This document shows positions 54,805 to 64,000 of a stretch of DNA of 64,000 bases, piece after piece (within the stretch, counting starts at the first letter, position 1; the number at the start of each line of letters is the position of its first letter). Location: assembly GCA_949298505.1 (NCBI GenBank), contig CASFWW010000038.1, positions 28,725 to 92,724 of the forward strand, in the 5' to 3' direction. This DNA comes from an uncultured Christensenella sp. GTDB lineage: Bacteria; Bacillota; Clostridia; Christensenellales; UBA3700. A program made the translations under genes and the position numbers. The notes under the pieces were generated by a model. It did no database searches. It was not told the origin of the DNA and saw only the letters and a list, made by a program, of their open reading frames with translations.

Positions 54805-55074
54805 ATGAATAAAAGTGAATTGATCGCTGCTGTCGCTGAAAATGCAGACGTGACCAAAGAAGTTGCCGGAAAGTGCCTTGACGGCGTTATCGCTGCAATC
54901 GCTGACGCGCTCAAGAACGGCGAAGAAGTTGCGCTCGCAGGCTTCGGTAAATTCGAGGTTAAGGAAAGAGCAGAGAGACAGGGCGTCAACCCCGCAACCG
55001 GTGAAAAGATCACCATCGCGGCAAGCAAGGCTGTTTCTTTCAAAGCAGGCAAGACCCTGAAGGACAGTCTGTAA
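54805..55074 (+). CDS. hup: HU family DNA-binding protein
   Basis: MNKSELIAAVAE...GFGKFEVKERAERQGVNPATGEKITI, the canonical HU sequence. Confidence 0.95.
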   Translation: MNKSELIAAVAENADVTKEVAGKCLDGVIAAIADALKNGEEVALAGFGKFEVKERAERQGVNPATGEKITIAASKAVSFKAGKTLKDSL

Positions 55075-55096
55075 TATTTAATCGACAGAAAAAATC

Positions 55097-55123
55097 GGAG
55101 AGCTCAGGCTCTCCTATTTTTTT
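55097..55123 (+). terminator. Rho-independent terminator after hup
   Basis: ggagagc-tcag-gctctcc followed by a T run. Confidence 0.85.
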
Positions 55124-55350
55124 GTCTTGCAGACGTTGCCGTCGTCACAATTTCCTCATCTTCCTTGCACTGAAAAAAGGGGGGGGATGTCGGGCTGGTT
55201 TGTTCCGCAAGCGTAGACGGAGTGAAAAAAGAATAATTATGCGTATAAAAGTATAATTTAAAGTTAATATCCGTATGTGAATTTTAAAAACAAAAATCGC
55301 TGCGCATAACAGAAAGGAGGGGGTGCGTATCGTGCGCAGACGGTCAACGT

Positions 55351-55380
55351 AAAAAAAAGAGGAGGCGATCGCCGCCCTCC
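55351..55380 (-). terminator. Candidate minus-strand intrinsic terminator with no annotated gene upstream
   Basis: Minus strand: GAGG-GC-GGC GAUC GCC-U-CCUC followed by U8. The interrupted GC-rich stem is weak to moderate. Confidence 0.35.
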
Positions 55381-55470
55381 GGTTGCGTTTCGGGGAAAAG
55401 AGCGCCGCGGATTTCAGAGTGGAAATTTTAGCGCAGACACAATATGTTGTTTTTACAAAATTTAACATAT

Positions 55471-55507
55471 ACAAAATGTTGCATTTTGTCAAAACCTGTG
55501 TTACAAT
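55471..55507 (+). promoter_or_regulatory. Candidate pflB promoter overlapped by a 19-bp palindrome
   Basis: TTGCAT (55479-55484), 17 nt ending in TGt, TACAAT (55502-55507). The palindrome ACAAAATGttgCATTTTGT (55471-55489) covers the -35 element. Confidence 0.5.
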
Positions 55508-55654
55508 GTGTTTGCAATAGAAAGATAGCTGTGCGACTGACGGATATACATAGTTTACTATGGTGGAGCACAGCGGTTTATGTCGACCGTCTGGGCAAAA
55601 AAACAATAAAAAGTCCCGGCGGCATTTTTATTTTCCGGGGACAAAGGAGTATTT

Positions 55655-57880
55655 ATGAACAGCGAATGGCAGGGTTTCAAAAAGGGTAACTGGTGCAAAA
55701 AGATAGACGTCAGAGATTTTATCGTCAGGAATTACACCCCTTACGGTGGAGACAGATCTTTCCTCAGCGGTCCGACAGAAAGGACGTCAGAACTCAAGGC
55801 AAAAGTGGACGAACTTCTGGTGAAGGAAGCAGAGAAGGGAGTGCTTGACGTAGATACTGAAAACGTCGCTTCGATTCTTTCTTTCGCACCCGGCTATATC
55901 GACAAGGAAAAGGACATCATCGTCGGACTTCAGACGGACGCTCCTCTCAAACGCGCGATCAATCCGTTCGCGGGAAAGAGAATGAGTGAAAAAGCCTGCG
56001 AAGCTTACGGATATAAGATGTCTGATCTGATCAGGACGGAATTCAGATACCGCACCACGCACAACGACGGCGTGTTCCGCGTGTATACCAACGAAATGAG
56101 AGCGGCAAGACACGTCGGCGTCATAACCGGGCTTCCCGACGCTTATGCGAGAGGCAGGATAATCGGCGACTACCGCAGGATCGCGCTTTACGGTATGGAC
56201 TACCTGATCGAGTGCAAGAAGGCGGACAAGAAAGAGCTGGGGAAAAACGATATGACGGCTGAGAACATCCAGCTTATCGAGGATGTGCAGAAGCAGCTTG
56301 AGTTCATGGCTCAGCTCAAAGATATGGCGGCGCAGTACGGCTGCGACATTTCGCGCCCTGCGGCTGATGCAAGAGAAGCGGTACAGTGGCTGTATTTCGG
56401 CTATCTCGGCGCGGTAAAGGAACAGAACGGCGCGGCGAACTCGATCGGAAGGATATCCACATTCCTTGACATTTATTTTGAAAGAGACATAAAGAAAGGC
56501 ATACTGACAGAGCAGGGCGCGCAGGAAATAATGGACGATCTCGTACTCAAACTCAGGCTGGTCAGACATCTGCGTACGCCCGAATACAACGATCTTTTCG
56601 CCGGTGATCCCACCTGGGTCACGATGTCGGAAGGCGGCATGTGCGAGGACGGCAGACCTATGGTCACCAAGAACTGCTTCCGCGTTCTTCAGACGCTTTA
56701 CAACCTGGGAAGCAGTGCGGAGCCTAACATCACCGTGCTGTGGTCTCAGGGATTGCCGCAGGGCTTCAAGGATTTCTGCGCGAAGGTCTCGATCGACACC
56801 GATTCGATCCAGTACGAGAACGACGACGTTATGCGCCCCGTTTTCGGCGACGATTATGCGATCGCGTGCTGTGTGTCGGCAATGAAAGAGGGCAAGCAGA
56901 TGCAGTATTTCGGCGCGAGATGCAACCTCGCGAAAGTTCTTCTGATGGCGCTCAACGGAGGCAAGGACGAGATTTACGGCATCCAGGTCGCGCCCGAAGG
57001 AAAGGTATTCGACGAGGGCGTACTCAATTACGACGAAGTTCTGAAGGCGTACAAGAAGTATATGAAGTGGATGGCGAAGCTGTACGTCAACACGCTCAAC
57101 ATAATCCACTACATGCACGATAAATACGCGTACGAAAGACTGATGATGAGCCTGCACGACACTCACGTCGAAAGACTTATGGCGTTCGGCATATGCGGAC
57201 TCAGCGTGCTTGCAGACAGCCTCAGCGCGATCAGGTACGCAAAGGTGAAGGCGGTCAAGGACGAGAGGGGGCTCATCACCGATTTCGTGACCGAGGGAGA
57301 TTTCCCCAAGTACGGCAACGACGACGACAGAGTGGACAAGATCGCTCAGTGGATCGTCGAGAGTTTCTACAAAGAGTTGATCAAGACGCCGGCATACAGG
57401 GGAGCGAAACACACCCTTTCCATTCTGACGATAACGTCCAACGTGGTTTACGGCAAGAAGACGGGGTCCACTCCCGACGGAAGAAAACGCGGAGAGCCGT
57501 TCGCTCCCGGAGCGAACCCGATGCACGGCAGAGACTGCGAAGGCGCGCTTGCGAGCCTCAATTCCGTTGCCAAACTGGATTACGGATGCTGCCGAGACGG
57601 CATATCCAACACCTTCTCGATCACTCCCGACACTCTCGGAGAAAGCGAGGAGGACAGGATAGCCAAGCTGACCACGATGCTTGACGGCTATTTTGCGCAG
57701 GACGCGCATCACCTGAACGTTAACGTTCTGCATCGTCAGAAGCTGATCGACGCGATGAACAACCCGTCTCTCTATCCCAACCTTACGATCAGGGTGAGCG
57801 GATACGCGGTCAACTTCAACAAGCTGAACAGAAATCAGCAGCAGGAAGTCATCAACCGTACTTTCCACGAGAGATTCTGA
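55655..57880 (+). CDS. pflB: Formate C-acetyltransferase (pyruvate formate-lyase)
   Basis: Active-site CCVS (IACCVSAM), glycyl-radical motif RVSGYAVNF, about 741 aa. Confidence 0.95.
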   Translation: MNSEWQGFKKGNWCKKIDVRDFIVRNYTPYGGDRSFLSGPTERTSELKAKVDELLVKEAEKGVLDVDTENVASILSFAPGYIDKEKDIIVGLQTDAPLKRAINPFAGKRMSEKACEAYGYKMSDLIRTEFRYRTTHNDGVFRVYTNEMRAARHVGVITGLPDAYARGRIIGDYRRIALYGMDYLIECKKADKKELGKNDMTAENIQLIEDVQKQLEFMAQLKDMAAQYGCDISRPAADAREAVQWLYFGYLGAVKEQNGAANSIGRISTFLDIYFERDIKKGILTEQGAQEIMDDLVLKLRLVRHLRTPEYNDLFAGDPTWVTMSEGGMCEDGRPMVTKNCFRVLQTLYNLGSSAEPNITVLWSQGLPQGFKDFCAKVSIDTDSIQYENDDVMRPVFGDDYAIACCVSAMKEGKQMQYFGARCNLAKVLLMALNGGKDEIYGIQVAPEGKVFDEGVLNYDEVLKAYKKYMKWMAKLYVNTLNIIHYMHDKYAYERLMMSLHDTHVERLMAFGICGLSVLADSLSAIRYAKVKAVKDERGLITDFVTEGDFPKYGNDDDRVDKIAQWIVESFYKELIKTPAYRGAKHTLSILTITSNVVYGKKTGSTPDGRKRGEPFAPGANPMHGRDCEGALASLNSVAKLDYGCCRDGISNTFSITPDTLGESEEDRIAKLTTMLDGYFAQDAHHLNVNVLHRQKLIDAMNNPSLYPNLTIRVSGYAVNFNKLNRNQQQEVINRTFHERF

Positions 57881-57888
57881 GTACCGAT

Positions 57889-58623
57889 ATGTCTAAAATC
57901 CAACCGACGGCGAATATCCACTCGTTTGAAAGCCTGGCAACTTTAGACGGCAAGGGCTTGCGCTACGGGATATTTTTCGTCGGTTGTCCGTACCGTTGCG
58001 CGTATTGTCATAATCCGGATACGTGGAGCGGAGAAGGGCAGAGATACACGGTCGGGGAACTTGTGAAAAAGGTGCTGAGGTACAAGCCGTATTTCGGCAA
58101 GGACGGCGGCGTTACGATAAGCGGCGGAGAGGTGCTTTTGCAGAGCGCGTTTGTCGCGGAATTTGAAAAGCGAATGAAAAAAGAGGGCGTCGGAGTAGTA
58201 CTGGACACCTCCGGCGGCGTGCCGCTTACGGATGACGTAAAAGCGGCAATTGAGGGTGCCGAAGAGATTATTCTGGACCTGAAATTCTGGGACGACGAAG
58301 GTTATCGCAAGTATTGTCGCGGCGGTATCGCGCCGGTGCTGGAAACGCTTGACTACTGCGAGAAAAAACACGTGCCCGTGTGGATAAGGACAGTGATAGT
58401 GCCCGGCATAAACGACACGGAGGAATGCGTAGACAGGTATGCCGACGTAGTGAAAGGATACACCTGCATAGAGAGGTATCAGCTGCTTGCGTTCCACACC
58501 ATGGGCTTTTCAAAATACGAAAAGATGGGGATAGAAAATCCCCTTGAAGGAACTCCCGCGCTGAACAGGAACAGACTGGAAGAATTGCAGAGATATCTTG
58601 ATTCAAAGGAGATAGTCAAATGA
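57889..58623 (+). CDS. pflA: Pyruvate formate-lyase activating enzyme (radical SAM)
   Basis: GCPYRCAYCHNPDTW and GGVTISGGE. Confidence 0.93.
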   Translation: MSKIQPTANIHSFESLATLDGKGLRYGIFFVGCPYRCAYCHNPDTWSGEGQRYTVGELVKKVLRYKPYFGKDGGVTISGGEVLLQSAFVAEFEKRMKKEGVGVVLDTSGGVPLTDDVKAAIEGAEEIILDLKFWDDEGYRKYCRGGIAPVLETLDYCEKKHVPVWIRTVIVPGINDTEECVDRYADVVKGYTCIERYQLLAFHTMGFSKYEKMGIENPLEGTPALNRNRLEELQRYLDSKEIVK

Positions 58624-59087
58624 CGAAAGAAGAAAGAAAACAACTGGCTTACGAAAATTTTAAAAAGGGATACAACTGTTGTCAGTCGGTCGTACTGGCG
58701 TTTGCGGACGTACTTCCGCTTGACGAAGAGACGCTTGAAAAGCTGACGCTCGGGTTCGGCGCAGGCTTCGGCAGGACGAGAAACCTTTGCGGCGCGGTCA
58801 GCGCGTACGGTTTCGTCGTGGGACTTCTTCACGACAAGGAAGATACGCTCGCGGCAGACAAGACCGACGTATATAAGCAGATAACCGATCTTGACAACAA
58901 ATTCAAACAGCTCAACGGCACTGACAATTGCGGAGAACTTCTCAAAAACGTCAAAAACCTCACCGCCGGCTACGTTCCCGAAGTCAGAGACGAGGAATAT
59001 TACAAAGTGCGTCCGTGCGCCAAATTCGTAGTGGACAGCGCAGGGCTTCTGCACGACCATCTGGACACCCGCGGATTGATAAAATAA
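58620..59087 (+). CDS. C_GCAxxG_C_C family (putative redox-active) protein
   Basis: YNCCQSV, CGAVSAYG and C..ELL...C pattern. ATGA overlap with pflA. Confidence 0.7.
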   Translation: MTKEERKQLAYENFKKGYNCCQSVVLAFADVLPLDEETLEKLTLGFGAGFGRTRNLCGAVSAYGFVVGLLHDKEDTLAADKTDVYKQITDLDNKFKQLNGTDNCGELLKNVKNLTAGYVPEVRDEEYYKVRPCAKFVVDSAGLLHDHLDTRGLIK

Positions 59088-59108
59088 TTAAACAAAACAA
59101 ACGTTATT

Positions 59109-59135
59109 GCCGCTCCTCAGGGGGCGGCTGTTTTA
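59109..59135 (+). terminator. Rho-independent terminator after the pfl operon
   Basis: gccgctcc-tcag-ggggcggc followed by tgTTTTaTT. Confidence 0.65.
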
Positions 59136-59393
59136 TTGCCTGTCTCCGGATGAAACTCAGATATTTTCTTGCGGCAAGGCGGTGCCGTCATGAAAAGCCG
59201 AAATACGGCGCTTTTCGGCGAAATGCGGCTTCCGGCGAAGATCGCGTCGACGCGGATGAAAAACGCGCTGAGACGCAAAAACCGGGCTTATACGGCGTTT
59301 GCCGTGCGAGCCTGCTGAACGGAGTTCTTCCCGCATGCGGGTGCGGAACGTGCGTGTAAAATATAAAACGCAGAAAAGACACACAAATACGTT

Positions 59394-59771
59394 ATGAGAT
59401 GGGCGCTGAAAAAACTTTACAGGATAGCGGGCAACACTTACTGGAAGGTCTTCGGAGGGTTTGCGTTTTCTCTCGTCTGGTTTACGCTCGGAATCATACT
59501 TGTTATTTCCGTCGCAGGGCTGGCACTCGGCGTAAAATGCGTCAGAGTGGGGATATTCGTCTTCAAACCGTTCGGTAAACATACGGTGACCGTCTTTGAC
59601 CGGCCTGTTGCGGATATTCTCTGGGCGCTGACTTTCGGGATTCCGCTGGGGATCATATCCGCAGTGGGCGCTTTAACTTCGCTTCTCGGTATTCTTACGG
59701 CGCCGCTTTGCGTGCAATGGCTCAAGGTCGCAAAGGTGTCTCTTTTTCCGTTTTCGACATATTTGAAATAA
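59394..59771 (+). CDS. YccF-domain inner membrane protein
   Basis: GGFAFSLVW..GIILVIS and KV.LFPF pattern, similar to E. coli YccF repeats. 125 aa with 3-4 TM. Confidence 0.6.
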   Translation: MRWALKKLYRIAGNTYWKVFGGFAFSLVWFTLGIILVISVAGLALGVKCVRVGIFVFKPFGKHTVTVFDRPVADILWALTFGIPLGIISAVGALTSLLGILTAPLCVQWLKVAKVSLFPFSTYLK

Positions 59772-59929
59772 CAAAATTAATGTGCACGTGTCTGTTAAAG
59801 GCACATATTGCCGTCAAGTCAAGCGTTTTCGGCAGAATGAACATTGTGCAGATCAGAGAAAAAACCGGCGGCAGAAATTTTTACCGTAAAGCGATCGAAA
59901 TTTCAAGGTAGGTATTGCCTTTTTATTAA

Positions 59930-63028
<3,099 letters not shown>

Positions 63029-63070
63029 CGCCTGCGCGCAGTAAGAGAAAAAGGAAATATAAATATTATG

Positions 63071-63093
63071 TACGCGCGCGCGTAGCGCGCGTA
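63071..63093. other. Perfect 9-bp GC-rich hairpin of alternating CG after lacZ
   Basis: tacgcgcgc-gcgta-gcgcgcgta with no adjacent T run. Possible atypical terminator or protein site. Confidence 0.5.
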
Positions 63094-63143
63094 TCAAATA
63101 TAATAAGATTTTAATAAAAATTATAAATATTTTATTTATACTA

Positions 63144-63172
63144 TTGAAAAGCAGACGAAGATATGCTATAAT
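63144..63172 (+). promoter_or_regulatory. Candidate promoter (extended -10) for the ydbC-like gene
   Basis: TTGAAA, 17 nt ending in TGC, TATAAT. Confidence 0.6.
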
Positions 63173-63213
63173 ACAACTATAATGTTGCGGTGGCAAATGG
63201 AGGAATACGTTTT

Positions 63214-63441
63214 ATGGCAAAAGAATTCGATTACGAAGTGGTCAAAACTTTCGGAAGTCTCTCTGAGTCCAGCAAGGGTTGGAAAAAGGAGATCAAGCTC
63301 ATAAGCTGGAATCAGAAAGAGCCCAAATACGACATCAGAGAATGGTCTCCCGAAGGAGATAAGATGGGCAAGGGCGTCACGCTTTCAAAGGAAGAACTTG
63401 TAAATCTCAGGGATCTTCTTGAAGTGATACTCGCAGAGTAA
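63214..63441 (+). CDS. YdbC family (PC4-like) ssDNA-binding protein
   Basis: MAKEFDYEVVKTFGSLSES.KGWKKEIKLISWN...PKYDIREWSPEGDKMGKGVTL resembles B. subtilis YdbC. GGAGG RBS before the ATG at 63214. Confidence 0.7.
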   Translation: MAKEFDYEVVKTFGSLSESSKGWKKEIKLISWNQKEPKYDIREWSPEGDKMGKGVTLSKEELVNLRDLLEVILAE

Positions 63442-63489
63442 TTTCCCCGTTTTCAGATCATATACATAATTTTTATAACGGTATTCAAC

Positions 63490-63519
63490 ATACGGTAGCT
63501 TTGCTATCGTATTTTTTTT
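63490..63519 (+). terminator. Rho-independent terminator
   Basis: atacggtag-ctttg-ctatcgtat followed by T8. Confidence 0.8.
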
Positions 63520-63603
63520 GTCTTTGAAATGCACGTCGACAATGCACTGAGAGCTTTGAGCGAGGTTTTGAAGAGAAGGAAAAAATTTTTACGTTTTTTA
63601 GTG

Positions 63604-63632
63604 TTGACAAAGCCAGAGCACGGTAATATAAT
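63604..63632 (+). promoter_or_regulatory. Consensus sigma-A promoter for the antiporter gene
   Basis: TTGACA, 17 nt, TATAAT (perfect hexamers). Confidence 0.7.
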
Positions 63633-63672
63633 GGAAAAGTTGATTAGGGGGCAAAAAGCGGGAGGTGCATTT

Positions 63673-64000
63673 ATGGGATACGTCTTCAGTTATAACATTT
63701 TCTTACACCTGGCATTGATCCTGTTGCTTACCAAGGTGCTCGGAATACTCATGCGCAAGCTCGGCTTGCCGCAGGTTGTCGGTGCGCTTATCGCCGGTAT
63801 TCTTATCGGAGTCAGCGGCATCATTGAAAATACTTCGGAACTCAAACCGTTTGCCGAGATCGGCGTCGTGATGATCATGTTCACAGCCGGTATGGAGACA
63901 AATTTCAAAGAGCTCAAGAAAAACGGCGTGGCGTCTGTGCTGATAACAAGCCTTGGCGTTATCGTTCCTCTGGCTGTCGGCTTCGGAGTTTCCTGGATAA
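63673..64000 (+). CDS. Cation:proton antiporter (CPA2/Kef-NapA type), N-terminal fragment running off the window end
   Basis: My own translation from the ATG at 63673: MGYVFSYNIFLHLALILLLTKVLGILMRKLGLPQVVGALIAGILIG...FAEIGVVMIMFTAGMET, the canonical CPA2 N-terminus. GGGAGG RBS. Confidence 0.8.
   Translation, partial: MGYVFSYNIFLHLALILLLTKVLGILMRKLGLPQVVGALIAGILIGVSGIIENTSELKPFAEIGVVMIMFTAGMETNFKELKKNGVASVLITSLGVIVPLAVGFGVSWI

Noticed and set aside
55179-55186. A G8 homopolymer preceded by A6, considered as a slipped-strand phase-variation switch.
   Set aside because: It is not inside a coding sequence or between recognisable -35/-10 elements. The 9-codon ORF after it has no spacing for an RBS.
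55145-55606. A 153-aa minus-strand ORF in the hup-pflB intergenic region.
   Set aside because: Its composition is that of A/T-rich non-coding DNA (runs of F/I/L/K/R). It has no RBS and crosses the predicted promoters and the palindrome.
59150-59359. A possible 70-aa peptide ending in a Cys-rich tail (LPACGCGTCV), considered as a RiPP-like precursor.
   Set aside because: There is no Shine-Dalgarno sequence and no adjacent modification, transport or immunity genes. Its Arg-rich composition is typical of random translation of a GC-rich spacer.

Overview
This 64 kb chromosomal window is almost fully coding. It probably comes from an anaerobic Gram-positive (Clostridia-like) bacterium; that is an inference from GGAGG ribosome-binding sites, Cys-lipobox lipoproteins, class III RNR, PFL and an ArgJ-type arg cluster. 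I saw no rRNA, tRNA, CRISPR, transposase or integrase genes.

Content from left to right:
- a heterodimeric ABC exporter pair, nadE, an orphan lipoprotein and a GH38 alpha-mannosidase
- a three-gene operon for small membrane proteins and a tubby-like protein
- nrdD (with a fused C-terminal thioredoxin-like domain) and nrdG, with NrdR boxes
- an AraC regulator divergent from a roughly 16.6 kb, 15-gene sugar-acid operon. It carries eda-kdgK-uxaC-uxuA plus an SDR mannonate reductase, followed by three Gfo/Idh/MocA oxidoreductases, a TIM-barrel isomerase/lyase-like protein, a PHP hydrolase, a GDPD, a six-hairpin GH, a GPH permease and a lipoprotein
- copA translationally coupled to a DAHP synthase, and a flavin reductase
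- two paralogous secreted, membrane-anchored proteins of unknown family
- a stand-alone GlmU acetyltransferase half next to glmM
- a 1000-aa lipoprotein and a lipase-like lipoprotein
- a complete argGHCJBDF cluster, a GNAT and hup
- pflB-pflA plus a C_GCAxxG_C_C protein, a YccF-like protein, GH2 lacZ, a YdbC-like protein and the start of a cation/proton antiporter

The most interesting candidates:
1. The oxidoreductase/TIM-barrel/phosphoesterase module inside the glucuronate operon, which may be a non-hydrolytic glycoside-cleavage route.
2. The uncharacterised paralog pair at 35.9-39.3 kb.
3. The NrdD-thioredoxin fusion.
4. The split GlmU.
5. A possible divergent sRNA at the pflB promoter.

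All functional calls rest on motif recognition by eye. No database search was run.
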